A DNA stretch of 43,822 bases from Aquificales bacterium (GTDB lineage Bacteria; Aquificota; Aquificia; Aquificales; QOAS01), in assembly GCA_012962155.1 (NCBI GenBank), contig DTXZ01000093.1, forward strand, positions 1-43,822, read 5' to 3'. The position numbers were made by a program, and so were the translations under genes. Position 1 is the stretch's first letter; each line of letters begins with the position of its first letter. Below are positions 1 to 8,850 of the stretch, one piece after another. Under the pieces are notes generated by a model, which saw nothing but the letters and a program-made list of their open reading frames with translations, had not been told where the DNA came from and ran no database searches.

Positions 1-90
1 CGGATCCATTCCGAACCCGGTAGTTAAGCCCCCCAGCGCCGATGATACTGTGCCGGACCGCGGCACGGGAAAGTAGGTCGCTGCCAGCCC
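1..90 (+). rRNA. rrf: 5S ribosomal RNA, 5'-truncated by the window edge
   Basis: Contains the conserved 5S blocks CCATTCCGAACCCGGTAGTTAAGC and GGGAAAGTAGGTCGCTGCCAGCCC. The 3' end is estimated by analogy with the E. coli ...GGGAACTGCCAGGCAT end. Confidence 0.85.
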
Positions 91-93
91 TTT

Positions 94-119
94 AAAAAAA
101 TCTTCCTTTAGTAGGAAGA
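94..119 (-). terminator. Rho-independent terminator for coaX on the minus strand
   Basis: A perfect 7-bp stem (101-107 TCTTCCT / 113-119 AGGAAGA) encloses a 5-nt loop that contains the coaX stop codon. On the minus strand it is followed by a T7 run (plus-strand A7 at 94-100). Confidence 0.5.
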
Positions 120-812
120 GTTCATAAAAACTTTAAAAAGTCCTTTAAAAAGCAGTTCTTTATCAAGAAAAAAAGTTTCAAATTGGTTTATAAAAACCTC
201 GGCACTTCCGCCGGTAAGAATAACTTTTTCAATTCCATAGAGTTTTTTATAAAAATTAATAAGCCCTTTTACCGCAAAAACTTGGGAATAGAAAGCCCCC
301 GATAGTATACACTCTTTTGTATTCATCCCAATAGGCCTTCGAGGAACTTGGGCTTTTTCCATAGGCAGTTGTTCTGCGTAAGTATATAAACAATCTAGGT
401 GTTTTTCTATCCCTAAAAATATAGCTCCTCCTAAAAAGGTTTTTTCTATAACCACATCTGTAACCGTTGCGGTTCCAAAAGACACCACGCAAAAGGAGTT
501 GGCGTAGTGCAAGCCACCTATAGCGTTTAGTAACCTATCCACCCCTAGAGTGTGGGGAGTTTCATATTCCGAACTTATGAGGTGGAGGCAGTCTTCATTT
601 CTTACAAAAATAGGATTATTTAAAACCTCTGCCAGTTTGGGGTTCAAACTAGGCTTTACCGAAGCCACTACCCTATGGGGAATTTCCTTAAACTTCCTTA
701 GCTCTTCAATTTGGTTATGTTTTAAAATTCCCTTCTGCAGAGGTCTATATCTACCGATCTCGCTAATAACCCACTTTACGGCGGAGTTTCCAACATCCAC
801 CAGTAGAACCAT
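108..812 (-). CDS. coaX: Type III pantothenate kinase
   Basis: N-terminal MVLLVDVGNSAVKW, DRLLNAIGG, FGTATVTD and a GG...ILTGG layout are typical of CoaX. The ORF extends to a TTG at 818; the ATG at 812 is preferred. Confidence 0.85.
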   Translation of the reverse strand: MVLLVDVGNSAVKWVISEIGRYRPLQKGILKHNQIEELRKFKEIPHRVVASVKPSLNPKLAEVLNNPIFVRNEDCLHLISSEYETPHTLGVDRLLNAIGGLHYANSFCVVSFGTATVTDVVIEKTFLGGAIFLGIEKHLDCLYTYAEQLPMEKAQVPRRPIGMNTKECILSGAFYSQVFAVKGLINFYKKLYGIEKVILTGGSAEVFINQFETFFLDKELLFKGLFKVFMNSSY

Positions 813-836
813 TTGCAATATTACCTATATTGGGAT

Positions 837-2267
837 ATGAAAAAACTTTTTCAACTTGTAAAGTTGGCAAGGGATATTACAGATAACTCCAGCGAAGTGT
901 GCCAAGGTTCTATTTTTTTTGCAATAAGGGGAACAAAATTTGATGGCCATTCTTTTGTAGGAGAGGTTTTAAAGAAAAAACCTCTGGCGGTAGTTGTTGA
1001 AAAAGGTTACACTCCTCCCCCAGAAGTAAATAAGTTGGGTGTAAAGCTTTTAAAGGTTAAAGATACCCGAAGAGCTTTTGCTCAGGCTTGTAGAGAATTT
1101 TTTAATAAACCCGATGAAAAGCTGAAAATTTTCGGAATAACAGGAACCAACGGCAAAACTTCCTCCGCATTCCTACTTGCGGGATTATTAAACGGGCTAA
1201 ACATTCCAACGGGGGTTATAGGAACGGTAGCCTACCGTTTTGGCCAAAAGTTTTACGGTAAAGGTCAGACCACTCCCCACCCTAAAGTGTGGTATAAAAC
1301 CCTTTCCAAAATGGTAGAAGAAGGGGCAAAAGCGGTTGCTTGCGAAATTTCTTCCCACGCCCTTTGGCAAAGAAGAATTTACGGAACCCGCTTTGAAGGA
1401 GTTATTTTTACCAATATCTCCCAAGACCACTTGGATTACCATCTCACTATGGAGAATTACTTTTTGGCCAAACGGCTTTTGTTTTCCGAATATATGTATA
1501 AAGCAGGGGTAGTAAACGGCGACGACCTTTACGGACGGAGGTTAATAGAAGAATTTTCCCTCCAAAGTTTTGGAACAAAACCCGAAAACGACTACAGAAT
1601 TTTAAGAAGAAGGGTAACCCTAAAGGGGCTGGGCTTTGAACTTTTCACTCCAAAAGGAAAAGTTTATAGTTTTTCCTCCAACCTTAGGGGAGAGTTTCAA
1701 GTCTTCAACCTTGCCGGAGTTGTTTCATTACTTTTAGCTTTGGGGTTTCCCGCAAAGGATATTCAAAGGGTTTGTAAGAACTTACCGCAGATACCCGGTA
1801 GGTTTGAAATTGTTGCAGAGAAGCCTTTTACAGTTATAGTGGATTACGCCCATACTCCCGATGCTATGGAAAAACTTCTAAAGGCGGTGGTTAATCTAAA
1901 ACCCCGTAGGGTTATAACCGTATTTGGGGCTGGCGGAAATAGGGATAAGGTCAAAAGACCTCTCATGGGTGCTATTGCTGAAAGATTTAGCGATTTGGTA
2001 ATCCTAACTTCCGACAATCCCCGTTATGAAGAGCCTTTGGAGATTATAGGGGACATTTTAAGGGGAATAAGAGACCGTTTCAAGGTAGAGGTTAAACCCG
2101 ACAGAAGGGAAGCTATAGAGCAGGCCTTAAAAATGGCAAAGGAGGGAGACGTAGTAGTTATAGCGGGAAAAGGTCACGAAGATTATCAAGAGATTAAGGG
2201 AGTGAAATATCCCTTTGACGACCGCAAAGTTGTCTTAGAGATTTTGGACAACCTCCAGAAGGGTTGA
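837..2267 (+). CDS. murE: UDP-N-acetylmuramoyl-L-alanyl-D-glutamate--2,6-diaminopimelate ligase
   Basis: Mur ligase P-loop GITGTNGKTS and the MurE-specific DNPR motif (TSDNPRYEEP). The ORF opens at TTG 813; the ATG at 837 (MKKLFQ...) is preferred. Confidence 0.88.
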   Translation: MKKLFQLVKLARDITDNSSEVCQGSIFFAIRGTKFDGHSFVGEVLKKKPLAVVVEKGYTPPPEVNKLGVKLLKVKDTRRAFAQACREFFNKPDEKLKIFGITGTNGKTSSAFLLAGLLNGLNIPTGVIGTVAYRFGQKFYGKGQTTPHPKVWYKTLSKMVEEGAKAVACEISSHALWQRRIYGTRFEGVIFTNISQDHLDYHLTMENYFLAKRLLFSEYMYKAGVVNGDDLYGRRLIEEFSLQSFGTKPENDYRILRRRVTLKGLGFELFTPKGKVYSFSSNLRGEFQVFNLAGVVSLLLALGFPAKDIQRVCKNLPQIPGRFEIVAEKPFTVIVDYAHTPDAMEKLLKAVVNLKPRRVITVFGAGGNRDKVKRPLMGAIAERFSDLVILTSDNPRYEEPLEIIGDILRGIRDRFKVEVKPDRREAIEQALKMAKEGDVVVIAGKGHEDYQEIKGVKYPFDDRKVVLEILDNLQKG

Positions 2268-3278
2268 TATTACGTAATTAATTTCCTCGTCGGTCAGAGA
2301 TGGATATATGGGCAGTGCAAAGAGTTCCTTTTTAAATTTCTTGGCCTTGGAAGTGGAAAGGTGGGGTGTGTTTCTAAGTTCGTGAAGAAGATAGGGGTAG
2401 TATACCTTGGTGGCTATGCCCTTCTTTTCCAATTTTTCTCTTATTAGGTCTCTTTTTGGATGTCTTAAACTGTAAACGTGGTAAACACAATAACCTCTCT
2501 CCTTTTGAAGTTGGAAAATACCTTTAAAACTTTTGTTGTAGCGCTGGGCTATTTCCCTTCTCCTGCGGTTGTTTTCCTTCAGTCGCCTAAGAGAGTTTAG
2601 GCCAACGGCACATTGAAACTCCGACAATCGGAAATTGAAAGCGGGAGTATCCCCGAAGTCTAATAATTTTTTAACCTTTTCCACCAACGAAGGATTTTTT
2701 ACCGCTACCGTTCCACCTTCTCCCATGGAAACATTTTTAGTGGCGTAAAAGCTAAAAGCGGAGATATCTCCCCAAGCTCCCGCCTTAATATCTTCCAACA
2801 GAGCTCCGTGGGCTTGGGCGGCGTCTTCCAAAACGTAAGCTCCGTATTTTTGAGCCAACCAATTTATTGAAGGCATATCCGCCATATTCCCAAAAAGGTG
2901 AACGGGTAGAATAACTTTCACGTCGTAACGCTTTAGGGCATCTTCCAGTTGATTCACATCCATAGTGTAGGTTTCGTCTACATCTATAACCAAGGGAATG
3001 CCCCCCGCTAACAGAACCGCATCAACGGTAGCCATAAAACTTAAAGCGGGTATAACAACATACTTATCATTAACATCCAAAGCCCTTAAAGCGGCATAAA
3101 GGGCGGTGGTTCCCGAATTTACCGTTTTTACCCATCTAACTCCTAAGAAGTTTTTGAAAGCCTCTTCAAACTTTTCCGTAAATTCTCCCCTTGTGAGTCT
3201 TCCGCTTTCAATAATCCTTATAAGATCTTCTTTTATTTCTTCCCCTATTGAGTCGAGACGGAAAAAAGACACCTTCAT
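2235..3278 (-). CDS. DegT/DnrJ/EryC1/StrS-family PLP-dependent sugar aminotransferase
   Basis: Fold-type I aminotransferase pattern with the PLP-lysine block SFYATKNVSMGEGG. The ORF extends to ATG 3311; the MKVSFFRLD start at 3278 fits the family N-terminus better. Its 3' end overlaps the murE 3' end by 33 nt (convergent). Confidence 0.8.
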   Translation of the reverse strand: MKVSFFRLDSIGEEIKEDLIRIIESGRLTRGEFTEKFEEAFKNFLGVRWVKTVNSGTTALYAALRALDVNDKYVVIPALSFMATVDAVLLAGGIPLVIDVDETYTMDVNQLEDALKRYDVKVILPVHLFGNMADMPSINWLAQKYGAYVLEDAAQAHGALLEDIKAGAWGDISAFSFYATKNVSMGEGGTVAVKNPSLVEKVKKLLDFGDTPAFNFRLSEFQCAVGLNSLRRLKENNRRRREIAQRYNKSFKGIFQLQKERGYCVYHVYSLRHPKRDLIREKLEKKGIATKVYYPYLLHELRNTPHLSTSKAKKFKKELFALPIYPSLTDEEINYVISTLLEVVQNL

Positions 3279-3359
3279 CCCTTGAAGGTTAGCTATTTTA
3301 AGAAAATGCATAGGTAGATTTCGTGTGAGCTTTAAAAGCTCTAAAATAGGTTTGAATAG

Positions 3360-3671
3360 ATGCCTTCAATAAAAGTGTTATTTGTCGTATCAAACAATCC
3401 CTTTTCAAAGGATAGAAAAACCATACTAAGTCTTATGGAAGATCTTTTGGATTTAGGTGCGGAGGTTGCCATTTACCTTCACGGAAACGGTGTTTGGTGG
3501 TTGGGTCTCGGGGACCTCAAAAAATTAACGGAAAAAGGGTTAAAGGTTTTCTGTGGACGCTCTTCGGTGGAGAAAAGGCACCAAAAGGTTCCTCCATGGG
3601 CTAAGGAAAAGGATATCGACTTTCTAGCCGATATGGTAGTGGCTTCGGATAAAGTTTTATTCTTTAACTGA
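3360..3671 (+). CDS. DsrE/TusD-like sulfur-relay protein (short form, 103 aa)
   Basis: Alpha/beta layout MPSIKVLFVVSNNP... with a single Cys in VFCGRSSVEKR, where DsrE/TusD carries its active Cys. The stop overlaps the next start (TGATG). Confidence 0.6.
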   Translation: MPSIKVLFVVSNNPFSKDRKTILSLMEDLLDLGAEVAIYLHGNGVWWLGLGDLKKLTEKGLKVFCGRSSVEKRHQKVPPWAKEKDIDFLADMVVASDKVLFFN

Positions 3672-4015
3672 TGTTGGTTGCGGTGGTTTTAAAATCAGAT
3701 CCTTTTTCGTGGAGGGCTGTGCAGGCCTTTAAAATAGCCTCCGCATTAAGTTTTAAAGCCAAAGTTTATTTTGTAACCATAAAGGAAGGAGTGTATTTCT
3801 TAACCGATTGGAGACCAACCGAGTTGGGATATGAGGATTTTAGAACTTACAAGGTAAATAGGGAAAACGTAACTTTTGTAGTTGATAAAGATGACTTTGA
3901 GGTTAGAGGCCTTTCGGAAGAAAGGCTATGGATTGCCGACTTTAAAATGATAATGGCCGACGAGCGGGAAATAGCAGATATTTTGGATAAAACCCAAGTG
4001 GTGGGGGTTTGGTAA
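3671..4015 (+). CDS. DsrF/TusC-like sulfur-relay protein
   Basis: N-terminal MLVAVVLKSDPF...A.KIA is DsrE/F-fold-like. It has no Cys, as is usual for TusC/DsrF. It is the middle gene of a three-gene coupled set. Confidence 0.55.
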   Translation: MLVAVVLKSDPFSWRAVQAFKIASALSFKAKVYFVTIKEGVYFLTDWRPTELGYEDFRTYKVNRENVTFVVDKDDFEVRGLSEERLWIADFKMIMADEREIADILDKTQVVGVW

Positions 4016-4251
4016 TGGTTAAAACCCTGTGGTTGGTAAAAAAGAGTAATATCCCCTACAGTTTTATAGGGGAGAACGATATAGTTGTCCTTATAGAGGA
4101 TGCAGTTTTAAAAATACCTACAAAACCTAACTGGTTTGTATGCAAAGAGGATGCCCACGCCCGCAGAATTAAAGTTTTGGAAGATAAACTCCTCTCCTAC
4201 AAGGAGATAGCCCAACTTATCCTAAAGGTAGAAAAAGTGGTCGTTTGGTGA
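4015..4251 (+). CDS. DsrH/TusB-like sulfur-relay protein
   Basis: A 78-aa protein with VVLIEDAV and WFVCKEDAHARRI blocks resembling the DsrH/TusB ...L.eD..aRG... motif. The ATG overlaps the upstream stop (TAATG); the ORF track opens at TTG 4009. Confidence 0.55.
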   Translation: MVKTLWLVKKSNIPYSFIGENDIVVLIEDAVLKIPTKPNWFVCKEDAHARRIKVLEDKLLSYKEIAQLILKVEKVVVW

Positions 4252-4265
4252 AATTAAATTCTTTT

Positions 4266-5135
4266 ATGGAAGAACTTTTCGGTCTTCTGCCGGTATATAA
4301 ACCCAAAGGTTTAACATCTACGGAGGTTTTAAACCGTATAAAGAAAAAATTTAAGATTTCTAAACTGGGACACACGGGTACCCTAGACCCCTTTGCGGAG
4401 GGGCTTCTTATCTTACTTTTTGGAAAGGCAACCCGCTTGGCGGAGTATTACCAGAAACTTCCCAAACGCTATATTGCGGGCGGAATTTTGGGTATAGAAA
4501 CCGATACCTACGACATTACCGGCAAAGTTATAAGGAAAACTCACGGAAATTATCCATCCCGAGAGGAATTGGAAGAAATAGTAAAGACCTTTAAAGGAGA
4601 AATCCTGCAAGTTCCTCCTCCTTTTAGTGCAAAAAAGGTAAGGGGTAAAAGGGCTTACAAATTGGCAAGAAAAGGAGAACTCATCAACCTCAAACCTGTA
4701 AAGGTCAAAATTTACGAAATTCATCTTTTGGAATATAAGCCTCCCCATTTTACCTTAGACGTTAAGGTTTCGGGGGGAACTTACGTAAGGAGTTTAATAA
4801 AGGATATAGGGGCAAAAACCTATTTGGGGGCTACCACCGAAAGTCTAAAGAGAACAGAAATAGGTGGGATGGATTTAAGCTTTGCCATTCCTTTGGAAGA
4901 GGTATTGAATTTGGAAGACCTTAAAGAGGTATTGCTTCCTCCCGATGAAGGTTTGGTTTTTCCAAAACTGGAAATTGACGAAAGGCGTTTAAAACTTTTG
5001 AAGAATGGAGTATATATTCCCCTTGAGGGAGACTTCCGCGAAGGGGAACTTGTAAGGGTATACTCCCCTTCCGGATTTTCCGCTATAGGCAAGGTGGTTG
5101 AGGGAAAACTTAAACCGGAAAAGGTTTTTGTCTAA
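4266..5135 (+). CDS. truB: tRNA pseudouridine(55) synthase
   Basis: YKPKGLTSTEVLN and the catalytic GHTGTLDPFAEGLL block, plus a PUA-like C-terminus. The ORF opens at TTG 4245 and overlaps the upstream stop; the ATG at 4266 is preferred. Confidence 0.9.
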   Translation: MEELFGLLPVYKPKGLTSTEVLNRIKKKFKISKLGHTGTLDPFAEGLLILLFGKATRLAEYYQKLPKRYIAGGILGIETDTYDITGKVIRKTHGNYPSREELEEIVKTFKGEILQVPPPFSAKKVRGKRAYKLARKGELINLKPVKVKIYEIHLLEYKPPHFTLDVKVSGGTYVRSLIKDIGAKTYLGATTESLKRTEIGGMDLSFAIPLEEVLNLEDLKEVLLPPDEGLVFPKLEIDERRLKLLKNGVYIPLEGDFREGELVRVYSPSGFSAIGKVVEGKLKPEKVFV

Positions 5136-5866
5136 TCTCGACTAATCTTTTCTATGAAGAGAATCCTCCCGCAGTTGGGACAGTATACCAACCCCTCCCC
5201 CCTTAAAAGTTTCGCATATTGGGCGGAAGGAACTTGCATGGAGCAACCGGTGCAGGTTTTGTTGTATACGGGAACGAAAACGTTTCCTCCAAATTCGTAT
5301 TTTTTTTCTTCGTAAAATTCCACAATTTCCGGAGATATCTCGGAAATCAATTGCTCCCTCAGTCCTCCGAGTTCTTGTAGTTTCTTTTCCAACATACTTT
5401 GGGTTTTTTTAATTTCTTCTTCCTTTTTGGATATTTTTCTTTCAAATTCCGCCACACTGATTTCCATTTTTTCCCTTTCCCTAAATAGTTGGTTTAGCTT
5501 TGCAAGAATTTTTTCTATTTCCTTTGTTGCCTTTATAATGTTTTTTTCTGCTTCCGCTTTTAGTTTAATGGCTTCTTTGTAATCATCTAAATTCTTAGCT
5601 TGGGCTTTTTTCTTTTTAGACTCCTCAATTTTCTTATAGCTTTCGTTAATAATTCTTTCTAACTCTTTACGCCTTTGGGAAAGTTCTTCAATTTTTTCGT
5701 CTATGTGGGCTATTTTATTGCGACGGGTTTGGGCAATCTCTTCAAATCTCTTTATTTCCTCGGGGAGTTCCCTAAGTTTTAATTCCAGTTTGATTATTTT
5801 TGAATCAATCTCTTGGAGTTTAATAAGCTTTTTTAAATCATCCTTGGACAAATCCAACATCAACAT
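5132..5866 (-). CDS. Coiled-coil protein with a C-terminal C4 zinc ribbon (COG1579-like)
   Basis: A long Lys/Glu heptad-rich region is followed by CTGC...x...CPNC. Confidence 0.7.
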   Translation of the reverse strand: MLMLDLSKDDLKKLIKLQEIDSKIIKLELKLRELPEEIKRFEEIAQTRRNKIAHIDEKIEELSQRRKELERIINESYKKIEESKKKKAQAKNLDDYKEAIKLKAEAEKNIIKATKEIEKILAKLNQLFREREKMEISVAEFERKISKKEEEIKKTQSMLEKKLQELGGLREQLISEISPEIVEFYEEKKYEFGGNVFVPVYNKTCTGCSMQVPSAQYAKLLRGEGLVYCPNCGRILFIEKISRD

Positions 5867-5945
5867 TAGTATAACCCCTCTTTAGAATTTTTCTTGGCCA
5901 TGTGGGAAAATACCATGATAGGAAACCGGAAAGTAGAATGGTTGA

Positions 5946-6018
5946 TGGGCCCGGGAGGACTCGAACCCCCGACCGGGCGGTTATGAGCCGCCCGCTCTGC
6001 CACCTGAGCTACGGGCCC
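5946..6018 (-). tRNA. tRNA with CAT anticodon (elongator Met, or Ile2 if lysidinylated); not an initiator
   Basis: The reverse complement folds as a 73-nt cloverleaf. Acceptor GGGCCCG/CGGGCCC, D stem GCTC/GAGC, anticodon stem GGCGG/CCGCC, loop CTCATAA, T arm GGGGG-TTCGAGT-CCTCC, discriminator A. Positions 1-72 are paired and C29-G41 is present, which argues against an initiator. CCA is not encoded. Confidence 0.9.
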
Positions 6019-6092
6019 TTATCAAGGGTAATAATATAACCTAGGAAGTTTAAAAAATCAAGAGACTAAAAAGCGAGAAGGAACCTCTACTT

Positions 6093-6120
6093 TTCTCAAG
6101 CTTTCAAATTGTGTTATTAT
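6093..6120 (+). promoter_or_regulatory. Candidate sigma70-type promoter for the rplN operon
   Basis: TTCTCA (6093-6098), a 16-nt spacer, then the extended -10 TGtTATTAT (6112-6120), about 25 nt upstream of the rplN start codon. Pattern match only. Confidence 0.3.
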
Positions 6121-6144
6121 AAAACATTTTGCGGGAGGAAAACC

Positions 6145-6513
6145 ATGATTCAAAGATACACCTACCTCAACGTTGCGGATAACTCCGGGGCTAAAAAAGT
6201 TCAGTGTATAGGTATCCCCGGAGGGGCTAAGAAGAAATATGCTACTTTGGGAGATGTTATTACCGTAACTGTAAAACAGGCTACTCCCGACGGAAACGCC
6301 AAAAAGGGAAAAATTTACAGGGCAGTAGTAGTTAGAACCGCAAAAGAGGTAAGGCGTCCCGATGGAAGCTACGTTAAATTTGACGATAATGCGGTAGTTC
6401 TTTTAAACCAATACGGCGAACCCTTAGGCACCCGTATTTTAAGCCCTATTGCAAGGGAAGTTAGGAATAAAGGTTTCACGAAGATAGCATCGTTAGCCCC
6501 CGAAGTTATTTAA
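6145..6513 (+). CDS. rplN: 50S ribosomal protein L14
   Basis: [17 protein letters not shown]... is canonical L14 at 122 aa. A GGGAGG RBS lies 6 nt upstream. The ORF track start at 6109 is an upstream extension. Confidence 0.95.
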   Translation: MIQRYTYLNVADNSGAKKVQCIGIPGGAKKKYATLGDVITVTVKQATPDGNAKKGKIYRAVVVRTAKEVRRPDGSYVKFDDNAVVLLNQYGEPLGTRILSPIAREVRNKGFTKIASLAPEVI

Positions 6514-6525
6514 CGGAGGAGTTCA

Positions 6526-6912
6526 ATGGCGGCAAAAATTAAAAGTGGCGATTTGGTTGTAGTTGTTAGGGGAAGGGACAAGGGTAAACAGGGAAAGGTT
6601 TTAAAGGTTATTAAAAGGGTTGAAAGAAACAAAAAAGGGGAAGTTATAAGAGTAAAAACCAGGGTAGTTGTGGAGGGAGTAAATATCCGTAAAAAGCACG
6701 TGAAGGCAACCCAATTCTCCGAAGGAGGGATTATAGAGTTTGAAGCCCCTATAGATATTTCCAACGTAATGCTTGTAGACCCCAAAACCGGTAAGCCCAC
6801 AAGGGTTGGCTTTGAAATAGTTGAGGAAAACGGTTACCTCGTTAAGTATAGGGTGGCCAAAAAAAGCGGCACCCGTTTGGATGTCGTAAGTAAACAACCT
6901 GTTAAGAAATAA
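6526..6912 (+). CDS. rplX: 50S ribosomal protein L24 (extended, 128 aa)
   Basis: KOW motif [18 protein letters not shown] and position after rplN. Confidence 0.93.
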   Translation: MAAKIKSGDLVVVVRGRDKGKQGKVLKVIKRVERNKKGEVIRVKTRVVVEGVNIRKKHVKATQFSEGGIIEFEAPIDISNVMLVDPKTGKPTRVGFEIVEENGYLVKYRVAKKSGTRLDVVSKQPVKK

Positions 6913-6926
6913 AAGGGGAGTAGACA

Positions 6927-7487
6927 ATGGCGGAAGAAAAGTATGTTCCCAGGCTTTACAGGAGATACAAGGAAGAGGTTGTGCCTCTACTGATAAAAAG
7001 GTTTGGTTACAAAAACATTATGCAGGTTCCCAAAATCGCAAAGGTTACCGTCAATATGGGGGTTGGTGAAGCGGTTCAGGATGTCCGTCAAATAGAAAGG
7101 GCGATGGAAGACTTAATGGCGATTACCGGACAAAAACCCCAACTCCGAAGGGCGAAAAAATCGGAGGCGGGCTTTAAACTCCGTAAAGGGATGCCTATTG
7201 GTGCGAGGGTTACCCTCAGAAAGGAGAGAATGTGGGATTTCCTTGACAAGCTTATATCGGTAGCCCTTCCCAGGGTGAAGGACTTTAAGGGATTAAATCC
7301 CCGTTCCTTTGACGGTAGGGGTAACTACTCCTTTGGCTTGGCGGAACAAATTGTCTTTCCCGAAATAGACTACGATAAGGTGGACCGCATAAGGGGAATG
7401 GATATAAACATTCACACAACCGCCCAAACCGACGAAGAGGCTTATTGGCTTCTATCTTTACTCGGCTTGCCCATAAGGGCTACATAA
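6927..7487 (+). CDS. rplE: 50S ribosomal protein L5
   Basis: [11 protein letters not shown]...[19 protein letters not shown] is canonical L5. Confidence 0.95.
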   Translation: MAEEKYVPRLYRRYKEEVVPLLIKRFGYKNIMQVPKIAKVTVNMGVGEAVQDVRQIERAMEDLMAITGQKPQLRRAKKSEAGFKLRKGMPIGARVTLRKERMWDFLDKLISVALPRVKDFKGLNPRSFDGRGNYSFGLAEQIVFPEIDYDKVDRIRGMDINIHTTAQTDEEAYWLLSLLGLPIRAT

Positions 7488-7505
7488 TTTTGAGGAGGTT
7501 AAAAA

Positions 7506-7694
7506 ATGCCTTGTTTAAGTAAAAAAATTAAAGAGCTTGAAAAACCGCCCAAATTTACAACCCGTTTGCACAAAAGGTGTCCTATTTGCGGCAGACCCAG
7601 GGCTTACCGAAGGTATTTCGGAATGTGCAGGATTTGTTTTAGAGAATACGCCCTAAGGGGAGAACTTCCCGGAGTTAAAAAGGCTAGCTGGTAA
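7506..7694 (+). CDS. rpsN: 30S ribosomal protein S14, zinc-binding type Z
   Basis: A 61-aa short form with CPICG...CRIC and the C-terminal GVKKASW. Confidence 0.93.
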   Translation: MPCLSKKIKELEKPPKFTTRLHKRCPICGRPRAYRRYFGMCRICFREYALRGELPGVKKASW

Positions 7695-7709
7695 CAATTT
7701 TTTGAAAAC

Positions 7710-7751
7710 GGGTCGGTAAGGGACCGCCGTAGAGCGGTCCAACTGCCGACC
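7710..7751 (+). promoter_or_regulatory. Two-stem RNA structure in the rpsN-rpsH spacer (candidate S8 autoregulatory site)
   Basis: Outer stem GGTCGG (7711-7716) pairs with CCGACC (7746-7751). Inner stem GGACCGC (7721-7727) pairs with GCGGTCC (7734-7740) around a 6-nt loop. An asymmetric internal loop separates the stems. The structure ends 13 nt before the rpsH RBS (GGAGGAAGGAG). Confidence 0.4.
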
Positions 7752-7774
7752 TAAAAATTTCACGGAGGAAGGAG

Positions 7775-8194
7775 ATGAGTATAACCGACCCTATTGCAGA
7801 CATGTTTAGTGCGATTAAAAACGCCCAACTGGTCAGAAAGGATTACGTAGATGTTCCCTCTTCTAAGCTGAAAGAGAGGATTTTGGATCTCCTCAAGAGG
7901 GAAGGATATATAAAGGACTGGGAGAGGCTGGATAGCCCCGAATACAGGAAGGGGAGTCAGTATAAGCTAAGAATTTGGCTCAAATACTTGGGTCCAAGAA
8001 ACACCAAACCCGCTATAAGAAATATAGTTAAAGTTTCCAAACCCGGTAGAAGAATCTATGTTCCCGCAAGGCTAGTTCCCTACGTAAAGAGAGGATTGGG
8101 CGTTTCAATAATGTCTACCGATAAAGGGGTTATTACCGATAAAGAAGCCAGAAAACTTGGTGTTGGTGGAGAAGTTATAGGTTTTGTCTGGTAA
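7775..8194 (+). CDS. rpsH: 30S ribosomal protein S8
   Basis: [17 protein letters not shown]... and the C-terminal GGEVIGFVW. Confidence 0.95.
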   Translation: MSITDPIADMFSAIKNAQLVRKDYVDVPSSKLKERILDLLKREGYIKDWERLDSPEYRKGSQYKLRIWLKYLGPRNTKPAIRNIVKVSKPGRRIYVPARLVPYVKRGLGVSIMSTDKGVITDKEARKLGVGGEVIGFVW

Positions 8195-8210
8195 TAGGGG
8201 GGTGGCGGAG

Positions 8211-8834
8211 ATGTCTAGATTAGGAAAAATGCCCGTTGTTATACCCCAAGGGGTTAAAGTAAACATAAATGAAAACCTCGACGGGGTTGTGGTGGAAGTA
8301 CAAGGTCCTAAAGGGAAGCTGGAACAAAAGTTTCATCCCACAATGTATGTTTACATAGACAAGTGGGTAAACCCCAAGGATGGGAAGGAATACGAGGCAA
8401 TTTTTGTAAAACCCAAAGAGAATATAAATCCCAAAACTTACGGGCTTACCAAAAAGAAAATAAGAGCCCTGTGGGGAACTACAAGGGCTTTGATAAACAA
8501 TATGGTTAAGGGTGTCACCGAAGGCTGGAAAGTAATCCTTGAAATCCACGGTCTCGGTTACAAGGCATCGGTGCAAGGAAACACTTTGGAGCTTCACCTT
8601 GGATACTCCCACCCAATACACTACCAAATCCCCGATGGAATAAAGATTTCCGTAGTGCCCAACAGGCAGAAAAAAATAGATGAAATACACGTAGAGGGTA
8701 TAGACAAATATCTCGTGGGACAGGTCGCCGCAATTATTAGGGACTTTAGAAGACCCGACCCTTACAAAGGTAAGGGTATCCGTTACGCGGACGAAGTATT
8801 GCGTCTCAAGCCCGGTAAGGCTGCTAAAAAGTAA
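8211..8834 (+). CDS. rplF: 50S ribosomal protein L6 (with an internal insertion)
   Basis: [15 protein letters not shown]..., GPKGKL, GLGYKA and PYKGKGIRY. The ORF track start at 8184 is an upstream extension. Confidence 0.93.
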   Translation: MSRLGKMPVVIPQGVKVNINENLDGVVVEVQGPKGKLEQKFHPTMYVYIDKWVNPKDGKEYEAIFVKPKENINPKTYGLTKKKIRALWGTTRALINNMVKGVTEGWKVILEIHGLGYKASVQGNTLELHLGYSHPIHYQIPDGIKISVVPNRQKKIDEIHVEGIDKYLVGQVAAIIRDFRRPDPYKGKGIRYADEVLRLKPGKAAKK

Positions 8835-8850
8835 TAGGGGGTAAGAGGCT

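Noticed and set aside
813-836. Longer TTG/GTG-initiated versions of many ORFs from the six-frame track: coaX 818, murE 813, truB 4245, rplN 6109, rplF 8184, holB 34711, rplU 40081, sdhA 41985, rnhC 37704 and the ribD-like gene 41991.
   Set aside because: Downstream ATG starts give N-termini matching the family consensus. They often have a GGAGG-type RBS at 6-10 nt and remove implausible overlaps between divergent genes. The longer forms were kept only as alternatives.
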